Assembly: GCA_031270585.1 (NCBI GenBank)
Contig: JAISXK010000029.1
Coordinates: 1-38,914, forward strand
Length of the DNA stretch: 38,914 nucleotides
DNA from: Clostridiales bacterium
GTDB lineage: Bacteria; Bacillota; Clostridia; Christensenellales; CAG-138
Reading direction: 5' to 3'
A model generated the notes under the pieces. It saw only the letters and a list, made by a program, of their open reading frames with translations, was not told the origin of the DNA and ran no database searches. Shown here one piece after another: positions 18,473 to 25,439 of the stretch. Numbering within the stretch: position 1 is the stretch's first letter; each line of letters begins with the position of its first letter. The position numbers and the translations under genes are program-made.

Positions 18473-20452
18473 TTACGCGCCTTTGGCGGCGTTGCCGCCA
18501 GCTATTTTACCGTTTACAAAGATATCCGCAATGGCGTTGCCGCCCAGGCGGTTGCCCGCGTGGAAGCCGCCCGTCACTTCGCCCGCCGCATAAAGGCCGG
18601 GGATGATTTCGCCAGATTCACTCAATACATGCGTGCCGGTGTCGATGTTTAGCCCGCCCATGGTATGGTGAATGGCCGGCGCGCGCGGTGTTGCGTAATA
18701 GGGCGCGGTATCCACCTTCAGGTTGAAGTTGGTTTTTCCCGTGTCCTCATCCTTGGCGCCATCCACATAGCTATTGTATTTTTCCATCTCTTCCACAAGC
18801 ACGGCGGGATCGATATCGATCAAACGCGCCAGTTCCTCCAGCGTATCCGCGCGGTGAACGCGCCCGTTCTTCACTTCTACCTCGGGGTCGGTCAGCCATT
18901 TGGCCTCCTCCGCGATATCCGCGTCCGCAATCATGTAAAACATGCCGTCCGGCTGCTTAAACGCTTCAATCGCCAGCGTGTCGCGCGGGGATACCTCGTC
19001 CACAAAGCGGCGGCCTTCGTTGTTTATGAAGATATAGTTCGCCGCAAAGCGCGGGATCAGCCCCGTAAAGAGGTCGCCTGTCTTCAGGTCGGATGTGGGC
19101 ATCATCTGCGCGTAACCCATGCCCACAAGGCCCGCCCCCGCTTCAAGGCCCATCGCAATGCCGTCGCCGGTAGAACCGGATGCGTTTGTGGTCTTCGCGT
19201 TATCGGGGATATCGCCCCAATAGTTGTCATATTCCTGCACCATTTTTGTGTTGCTGCCAAACCCGCCCGTCGCCAGCACGACGCCTTTGCCGGCTTTGAG
19301 CGTAACCTTCGTTCCGTCCGCCTGCGTGGCGTTCACGCCGATCACCTTGCCGTCTTCGATTATGAGCGATTTGGCGGCGGTCTCCAGCATGTATTCGTTG
19401 CCCGAATCGAGTATCAGCCGCCCCAGCTTTACCGCGTACTCCTGCCCCTTGGGGTAATCCGCCGGCGTGTGCCCGCGCCGCCACATGGCGCCGACAGGCT
19501 GGCTGACGGTGGGCTGCCAGCTGATACCCTTTTCGGAAAGCCAGTTCACCGTATCGAGCGCGTTGAGGCACATGCTCTGCACGAGATCGAATATGCCATA
19601 GATTTCGGTGCCATCCAACCCTTTGCGCGCGCCGTAATAGTAGGTGTTGATGATGTGCAGCTCGGGGGAGTCAAACAGGTAAGAGCGATCCGTCGCCAGG
19701 TACTCCTTGAGCTGCCCCTGAAGGGTTTTGAATGTTGCGCGGTATTCCTCGGGGAAGGCGTTCGCGTCCATATCCATAAACATCTGCAGCGTTTCCGCCT
19801 CGCCCGCGTCTGCGGGATGCCCCTTTTGCCATTCGGGTTCGGCCGCGTTCAGCACGCCGCCGGAAAGCATGGTGTTGCCACCCAACGCCGCCGTCTTTTC
19901 GATCAGGATAACCTTAGCGCCCTCGTCGATGGCGGATACCGCCGCCGCGAGACCGGCGCCGCCGCCGCCCACTACGATTACATCCGCCGTTTTCTCCACA
20001 TCGGCGCCCGCTTGCTTATGCTGCCCCGCGCGTTGCCGCCATTCTGCGGGGTCGCCGCCGGCTTCCGCGACACAATCGGCCACTGCGGAAATGATGGCGT
20101 ATTGCGTGATGGTGGCGCCCGTCACCGTATCCATTTGTAAGGACTGGTATTCCATGATGTTCGCGGGTACCCGTTCAAACGCCGGATCGGATATGATGGA
20201 ACTCTCCTCATGCTCCGCGACGCTGATAGCGGTGATGCCGTTTTCATCAAACGTAACATCCACCACCACCATGCCGTTTCGGCCCGTCGCCGTGCCCTGG
20301 TATGTGCCGGGCGTGAGTCCCGCCGCAGGAACTGGAGTGGCTTGCGGCGCCGGCGCAGTTTCCTGCGGCGCCGGCGCGGGCGTTTCCCGCTGGCACGCGG
20401 CCAGTGAAAGCGCAAGTAACAGAACCATCGATATGGCTATCAACCGTTTCAT
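18473..20452 (-). CDS. Extracytoplasmic lipoprotein flavoprotein reductase (FMN_bind + FAD-binding domain), paralog 2
   Basis: The signal peptide carries the lipobox LAAC. The flavinylation motif DTVTGAT lies at nt 20111-20131. VVGGGGAGLAAAV, HHTMGGL and GLYAAGE are present. A GAGGAGG SD precedes the start. Confidence 0.8.
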   Translation of the reverse strand: MKRLIAISMVLLLALSLAACQRETPAPAPQETAPAPQATPVPAAGLTPGTYQGTATGRNGMVVVDVTFDENGITAISVAEHEESSIISDPAFERVPANIMEYQSLQMDTVTGATITQYAIISAVADCVAEAGGDPAEWRQRAGQHKQAGADVEKTADVIVVGGGGAGLAAAVSAIDEGAKVILIEKTAALGGNTMLSGGVLNAAEPEWQKGHPADAGEAETLQMFMDMDANAFPEEYRATFKTLQGQLKEYLATDRSYLFDSPELHIINTYYYGARKGLDGTEIYGIFDLVQSMCLNALDTVNWLSEKGISWQPTVSQPVGAMWRRGHTPADYPKGQEYAVKLGRLILDSGNEYMLETAAKSLIIEDGKVIGVNATQADGTKVTLKAGKGVVLATGGFGSNTKMVQEYDNYWGDIPDNAKTTNASGSTGDGIAMGLEAGAGLVGMGYAQMMPTSDLKTGDLFTGLIPRFAANYIFINNEGRRFVDEVSPRDTLAIEAFKQPDGMFYMIADADIAEEAKWLTDPEVEVKNGRVHRADTLEELARLIDIDPAVLVEEMEKYNSYVDGAKDEDTGKTNFNLKVDTAPYYATPRAPAIHHTMGGLNIDTGTHVLSESGEIIPGLYAAGEVTGGFHAGNRLGGNAIADIFVNGKIAGGNAAKGA

Positions 20453-20600
20453 TATTTTCTTTCCTCCTCATAACATTCCTGGTAACCGTCCGCGGACACA
20501 GAATCAGAATAAGCCTATCTGCCGTTGAGCTTATCACATAAAGCAACTTTACCCGCAAGGGGTTTTGTGAAAAAAAGTATCTTAAAATGTCTTAAAAAAA

Positions 20601-21401
20601 TCAGCCGATGGGTATCCACAATTCCACATAGGGCTTCAGATGCGCCTCGGGGGCGACCTCTACCAGTAGGATGTGCCCCCAGGGCTTTCCCCGCAGCGCA
20701 AACCCGCGTGAGCGCGCGTAGGCGATGGGCTTTTCAAACACGATATGCGGCGCCTCCGTAAAAGCCTCGCTTGTGGCCACAATGGTGTGCAGGCAGGATA
20801 CGGCCGGCATTTCCTGCACGTGCAGATCCATAGGCAGCGCAAGCTCTTTGGCCTGTTGGAACGTTACGGCGTAGCCAAAGCAGGCGTCAAACGTATCGAC
20901 GGAATGCAGCGTCACCACAAGCCGCATGGCGGGCATGGCTTTTACCCATTTTTGGGCGATTCTCTGCGCTTTGCGGCTCTTTGATACCCAACCGCACTCC
21001 TCATCGTGCAAAATCAGCGTATGCGGGGATTGGGTGAATTCGTATTGATCCAGCAAATCCTCAATGCGGTTGGCGCTTTGTATATGCGCGTCGATGTATT
21101 GCGCAAGCTTGGCATAGTACGCCGCCTTCTTCTGCGCATCCGCTTTTTGTTGACGCAATCGCTCATAAATCAGATAGCGGTCGTTTTCCACGCCGCTGAA
21201 CTGCCGTACCACGGTTTTGAGCGGAAACCCCATGGAGCGGTATTTCGTGTAGGAAAGAAAGCGGAATACATCCACTACAGTATAGTACCGGTGGCCGTTT
21301 TCATCCCGCTTCACGTTGATGAGGTTTTCTTTTTCGTAAAAATGTAAGGCGCTGGATGTCAGCCCCAGCATTTCCGATACATCCGAAACGCTGTATTTCA
21401 C
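20601..21401 (-). CDS. MerR-family transcriptional regulator with GyrI-like effector-binding domain
   Basis: 266 aa with a GTG start after a GAGGGGG SD. The HTH reads YSVSDVSEMLGLTSSALHFYEKENLINVKRDENGHRYY. The ~150-aa C-terminal domain ends ...YVELWIPIG. Confidence 0.8.
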   Translation of the reverse strand: MKYSVSDVSEMLGLTSSALHFYEKENLINVKRDENGHRYYTVVDVFRFLSYTKYRSMGFPLKTVVRQFSGVENDRYLIYERLRQQKADAQKKAAYYAKLAQYIDAHIQSANRIEDLLDQYEFTQSPHTLILHDEECGWVSKSRKAQRIAQKWVKAMPAMRLVVTLHSVDTFDACFGYAVTFQQAKELALPMDLHVQEMPAVSCLHTIVATSEAFTEAPHIVFEKPIAYARSRGFALRGKPWGHILLVEVAPEAHLKPYVELWIPIG

Positions 21402-21419
21402 AAAAACCCCCTCTTTTTG

Positions 21420-21436
21420 CCTAAAGCGGCTTTAGG
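21420..21436. other. Short hairpin between the motor-like operon and merR
   Basis: CCTAAAG-CGG-CTTTAGG forms a 7-bp stem. There is no U-tract, so terminator function is uncertain. Confidence 0.3.
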
Positions 21437-21446
21437 TAACCGCCGC

Positions 21447-21965
21447 TTACCGCTCTACAAACACAACGGCGCAATCCATAAGCGCCGCCTTTACCTGATC
21501 GTATGTCGCTTTGATGGCATGGTTATCAATCAACTGCCACACGCCGCCCGGCGTATCGTTTTGCAGTATGGCATACTTTAAGTCTTGCAGCGGCACGACC
21601 TCGCCGTTAAAGCGCACGGCGTCCTCGTCCACCTCCAGCACGAGCGCCGCGTCCTTTGCGGGAGCCGGCGTTTCTATGGCGGGCGTTACGGGCGGCGTGG
21701 ACAAAGCCTCGCCTGTGGCGGGCGTTTCGGCCTGCAGGGACGCAGGCGCTCCCGCAGCCGGCCCAAACACGGGCAGCCCGCCGCCGCCAAACAGGCCAAG
21801 CGCGTAGGCCGCGACGCCAAGCAGCAGGGCAATCGCGAGCAACGCCGGCCATTTTACGCCTTTGCGCCTTTTTCTTTTGTTCGCGGGCTTCTCTTTACTT
21901 CCCCTTTTATCCGGCGACGCTGTGTTTCCTTCACTATTTGGCGCTTCCATCGTTTCCTCCTCCAT
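21447..21965 (-). CDS. Membrane-anchored protein: basic N-tail, one TM, Pro/Ala-rich linker, ExbD-periplasmic-domain-like C-terminus
   Basis: 172-aa ORF; the start may instead be M6 at 21950, after GGAGGAGG. It has KRKRRKGVK followed by the TM segment WPALLAIALLLGVAAYALGLF. Next comes a linker PAAGAPASLQAETPATGEALSTPPVTPAIETPAPA. The C-terminal LVLEVDEDAVRFNGEVVPLQDLKYAIL....WQLIDNHAIKATYDQVKAALMD resembles the ExbD/TolR soluble domain pattern. Confidence 0.5.
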   Translation of the reverse strand: MEEETMEAPNSEGNTASPDKRGSKEKPANKRKRRKGVKWPALLAIALLLGVAAYALGLFGGGGLPVFGPAAGAPASLQAETPATGEALSTPPVTPAIETPAPAKDAALVLEVDEDAVRFNGEVVPLQDLKYAILQNDTPGGVWQLIDNHAIKATYDQVKAALMDCAVVFVER

Positions 21966-22005
21966 CCTGATGCGTTTTTATTAAAACGCGTTTATATGTA
22001 TGGTC

Positions 22006-22554
22006 TTATTGCGAATCATACTCCGCCGCGTACACATGCGCAAGGTGCTTTTGCGATTGTACGGCGTTTGCAACCAGGACGTAATCCGCCTGATAAATCT
22101 TGTTTCTGTCGTATAAAAACACGATAAGCACCACCTGCGCGTCACTTTTTTCTATCTGCGCGCGCAACGCCGCGCATAGCGCGTCGGCGGCGTATTCTCT
22201 GTTCTGCCAATCAAGACCGATGGCGGGCAGGCGCTCTTCGTCCGCCTCCATCAATATGCCGCGCGCGCCGGCGTCCTCCCGCACGCTGATGGTGAGCACA
22301 AGGCTGTTTTCTTCCAGCGCGGCGCGGCCCGTCTCCATGCGTAAAAACGCCCTGTTTTCATCGAGCAATCTCTCGTTCTCGCGCCTTAGCGCACTCAGTT
22401 TGGCATTGGCCGTCCGCCACGCCGCAGTCTGCGCTTCGGCTGCGGCGTTTAGTTCGTTTAATTTGTCCCCCGTTTGCGCAAGTATGACGAATACGATGAT
22501 GAGTATGACATCCAGCAGCGCCGTCAGCTCGATGGTTATGCCTTTGTTTCGCAC
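22006..22554 (-). CDS. ExbD/TolR-like protein with inserted coiled-coil-like segment
   Basis: GTG start after a GGGAGGAAG SD. ITIELTALLDVILIIVFVIL resembles the ExbD/TolR TM helix with its conserved Asp (D15, nt 22510-22512). An Ala/Glu/Leu/Arg-rich segment of about 55 aa follows, then a C-terminal domain. The gene overlaps the upstream gene by 19 nt. Confidence 0.55.
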   Translation of the reverse strand: MRNKGITIELTALLDVILIIVFVILAQTGDKLNELNAAAEAQTAAWRTANAKLSALRRENERLLDENRAFLRMETGRAALEENSLVLTISVREDAGARGILMEADEERLPAIGLDWQNREYAADALCAALRAQIEKSDAQVVLIVFLYDRNKIYQADYVLVANAVQSQKHLAHVYAAEYDSQ

Positions 22555-23069
22555 GGCGCTTCCTCCCTGAGCTTTTGGCTCCGCTCCAAATACAGCGAGA
22601 TGTTGCTGTTGTTTTCTTCCATACGGGGCGCAAGGAAACCATCCAAAAACTTAAACGCGATGCCGAATACCAGCCCCCAGAACGTGGATGTCAGCGCCGC
22701 AAAAAAGTTTTGCCGCAGGTTGACCAAATCCTCCACCATGGGGATGAGCGACACCACCGTGCCCAATATGCCAAGCAGGGTAAATATGCCGGTGAGGTTT
22801 TCGTATATGGCGTATATGCCGTTTACGCGCTTTCGCATGGCTACAAGCTCGCCCTCGGAAACTTCCTGAAACGCGCGTTTCATTTCATCATTTTTCAGCA
22901 CATGCTCAGGCAAAAATATGGTTTTGTGCAGTTTATTGTGCAGACCCCCCGCAAGTTTGCGCGCCGTTGTATAGCAGCAGGCGTTTATGCACGCCACCAG
23001 GAATATGATGATGTCGTATCCCAAAAGATTGTCCCACACCACGGAAAAAACGCCCGCCCAATCGCTCAT
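22536..23069 (-). CDS. MotA/TolQ/ExbB-family ion channel protein
   Basis: 177 aa with three TM segments. LTGIFTLLGILGTVVSLIPMV and FFAALTSTFWGLVFGIAFKFL match the MotA_ExbB signature (LGLLGTV ... AL.tT..GL). A GAGGT SD precedes the start. Confidence 0.7.
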   Translation of the reverse strand: MSDWAGVFSVVWDNLLGYDIIIFLVACINACCYTTARKLAGGLHNKLHKTIFLPEHVLKNDEMKRAFQEVSEGELVAMRKRVNGIYAIYENLTGIFTLLGILGTVVSLIPMVEDLVNLRQNFFAALTSTFWGLVFGIAFKFLDGFLAPRMEENNSNISLYLERSQKLREEAPCETKA

Positions 23070-23096
23070 GCATACCTCGCAGTCCTGTATCTGTCG

Positions 23097-24092
23097 TCAT
23101 TTGTCGCCCATTGTCAACCGCGCGCCGTTCACCGCACCATTGCCGGTTTCCCCATTGCCGGTTTTCTCCTTGCCGGTTTCCCCATTGCGGGTTGCCTGCC
23201 GCCCCATTGCCCGTCGTCCTTCCCCCAGTTCGCTTATCACAATGGCGCCGGCAATCAAAAGCGCGCCTATGACAAACCGCAGCGAAAACGGCTCGCCCAA
23301 AAACACCACGCCCGCCAAAAAGCCAAACAGCGCTTCGGTGCCCAAAAGCAAGGACACGTGCGAAGATTGCACATAGCACATGCCGATGTTTTGCACGCCA
23401 AGCGCGTATACCGTGCCCAGCAACACCAAATATGCCATGGAAAACACCACGTTGTCCGAAAACAGCGCCGCTCTGGAGGGCGGCGCTTCAAACGCCGCGC
23501 CCGTCAGCAATCCAAGCGCGCCCACCGATAAAAACTGTATTGCCGTTAGCGGCATCACATCCACGCCCGATTGCGTATAGCGCTCCACCGCTATCATATG
23601 CAGCGCAAAGAATATGCCGCAGCTCAGCGTCCACAAATCGCCCGCGTATACCCGCAGCCCTTCGTTGAGCGCGATGACGCCCACGCCCAAAAAGCAAACG
23701 ACGGCCGCTATCATAGCGCGCGCGCCGGGACGTTTTTTAGATAGCAGCAGGTGGAAAAACGGCACCAGCACCACATATGTGGCCGTAAGGAAAGCGTTGT
23801 TGCCGGCCGTCGTGCCCAATAGCCCAATGGTTTGCGTTAGGAACGCGCAAAAGAGCAAAACGCCCGCCAACAGCCCGCCCCTCAGGGTGCGTTTATCGGC
23901 CTTTTTTAGCTTTTTAAAGCAAATGACGCCCAATATAAGGCCCGCCGCCGAAAAGCGCACGCCCAGCAGCCAAGTGATGGGCAGATAGTCCAGCGAGGCT
24001 TTCATAATAACAAACCCGCCGCCCCATATGACGCCGCAGCTCAGCAGCCCGATTTCCGCCAATATCACTTTTTTCCTGTCGGATAGTTTCAT
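23097..24092 (-). CDS. EamA/DMT-family transporter with repetitive C-terminal tail
   Basis: 331 aa with about 10 TM segments in two EamA-like halves. The C-terminal tail reads ATRNGETGKEKTGNGETGNGAVNG. Confidence 0.8.
   Translation of the reverse strand: MKLSDRKKVILAEIGLLSCGVIWGGGFVIMKASLDYLPITWLLGVRFSAAGLILGVICFKKLKKADKRTLRGGLLAGVLLFCAFLTQTIGLLGTTAGNNAFLTATYVVLVPFFHLLLSKKRPGARAMIAAVVCFLGVGVIALNEGLRVYAGDLWTLSCGIFFALHMIAVERYTQSGVDVMPLTAIQFLSVGALGLLTGAAFEAPPSRAALFSDNVVFSMAYLVLLGTVYALGVQNIGMCYVQSSHVSLLLGTEALFGFLAGVVFLGEPFSLRFVIGALLIAGAIVISELGEGRRAMGRQATRNGETGKEKTGNGETGNGAVNGARLTMGDK
23137..23216. repeat. Imperfect ~15-nt tandem repeat inside the EamA 3' end
   Basis: About five units related to CCCATTGCCGGTTTC are present. 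They are in frame (5 codons each) and encode the GNGET-type repeats of the tail. Confidence 0.7.
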
Positions 24093-24109
24093 TCGTATAC
24101 CCTGGGCCC

Positions 24110-25423
24110 TTATTTAAACGCCTCGTAAATCGCCCGCACGGCAATTTCAAACTCATTGCTTTCCACGCCTACTATGATGTTCATCTCGCTGGAGCCCTGA
24201 TCGATCATGCGCACGTTTACGCCGGCCCTCGCCAGCGCCGTAAACAGCTTTGCCGATACGCCCACGGCGTTTACCATATCGCGCCCCACCACGGCGATGA
24301 GCGCCAGGTTGTCGTAAATTTCCACACTGTCCACGCTGCAAGCTTTTATGATGCCGTCTATGAGCGCCTTGCGCTTGCCCTCTATCTGCGCGTCCGACAA
24401 TACCAGCGACATGGTGTCTATGCCCGTGGGGATATGCTCGAAGGATATCGCAAGGTCGTTGAGAACCGAAAGCAGCCGGTAACCAAAGCCTATTTCGTTG
24501 TGCATATTGTCCTTCTCTATGGCGATGATGGTAAAGCCCGTGCGCCCGGCGATGCCCGTTAATTTGCCGCCATGCTCGCTCTCGCTGGAGTCGGGCACGA
24601 TAAACGTGCCGGCTTCATCCGGCGCGTTGGTGTTGCGCACATTGATGGGTATGCACGCCTGCCGCACGGGGAATATGGCGTCCTCATGCAATACGGTAGC
24701 GCCCATATAGGCAAGCTCGCGCAGCTCGGAATACGTAACGGTACCGATGAATCTGGGGTTTTTCACTATGCGCGGGTCGGCCATCAGGAAGCCCGACACA
24801 TCCGTCCAGTTTTCATATACATCTGCGTTCACGCCTCTTGCCACCACCGAACCCGTAATATCAGACCCCCCGCGCGGGAACACCTTGATGCCGCCGCCGG
24901 GAAGCGATCCGTAAAAGCCCGGTATCACCACGCGGCGCTTGTGGGCGACCTCCGTCTGGAAGGTTTTTTGGGTTTTTTCGGCGTCAAACTTGCCGTTTTC
25001 GCGGAAGAATATCAAACCGGCCGCGTCCATAAACGCAAAATTGAGATAGTCGGCCAGCAGCAGCCCGTTGAGATATTCGCCGCGGCTGGCGGCATAGTCG
25101 GCGGACGCGCCGTCGTTGATATCCTGCCATACGGTTTTCAGGTGGCTGCGTATATCCACGCCAAGCCGCAGTTCCTCGGCGATATCGATATACCGCTGGG
25201 CGATGATGTCAAACTCCTCTTCAAAGAGCCGGCCCTCGCTTGCCTTCGCCTGGCAGCGGTATAAAAGATCCGTTACCTTTTCATCCTTATAGGTGCGTTT
25301 GCCGGGCGCCGACGGCACCACAAACAGGCGGCCCTCATCCGCCTCGACAATACTTTTTACCTTTATAAATTGTTTGGCGTCAGCGAGCGAGCTTCCGCCA
25401 AATTTTACTACCTTCAGCTTCAT
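24110..25423 (-). CDS. Aspartate kinase (monofunctional, with C-terminal ACT domains)
   Basis: MKLKVVKFGGSSLADAKQF... carries the kinase KFGG motif, and the C-terminus is ACT-like. GGGGGA followed by 5 nt then the ATG at 25423 marks the start. The track ORF extends to 25579 but overlaps the upstream gene. Confidence 0.9.
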   Translation of the reverse strand: MKLKVVKFGGSSLADAKQFIKVKSIVEADEGRLFVVPSAPGKRTYKDEKVTDLLYRCQAKASEGRLFEEEFDIIAQRYIDIAEELRLGVDIRSHLKTVWQDINDGASADYAASRGEYLNGLLLADYLNFAFMDAAGLIFFRENGKFDAEKTQKTFQTEVAHKRRVVIPGFYGSLPGGGIKVFPRGGSDITGSVVARGVNADVYENWTDVSGFLMADPRIVKNPRFIGTVTYSELRELAYMGATVLHEDAIFPVRQACIPINVRNTNAPDEAGTFIVPDSSESEHGGKLTGIAGRTGFTIIAIEKDNMHNEIGFGYRLLSVLNDLAISFEHIPTGIDTMSLVLSDAQIEGKRKALIDGIIKACSVDSVEIYDNLALIAVVGRDMVNAVGVSAKLFTALARAGVNVRMIDQGSSEMNIIVGVESNEFEIAVRAIYEAFK

Positions 25424-25439
25424 GCGTAATCCCCCAATG

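Noticed and set aside
18665-20140. 491-aa + strand ORF
   Set aside because: It is antisense to reductase paralog 2 and is a shadow ORF with Arg/His-rich composition. The same reasoning applies to 19728..20528.
23137-23216. CRISPR-like or regulatory repeat array
   Set aside because: The units are contiguous with no spacers, are only about 15 nt long and imperfect, and lie in frame inside a coding sequence. This is a coding tandem repeat, not a CRISPR.
22575-23531. 318-aa + strand ORF
   Set aside because: It is antisense to the ExbB-like and EamA genes. It is extremely basic (Arg/His/Lys/Gln) and is a shadow ORF.
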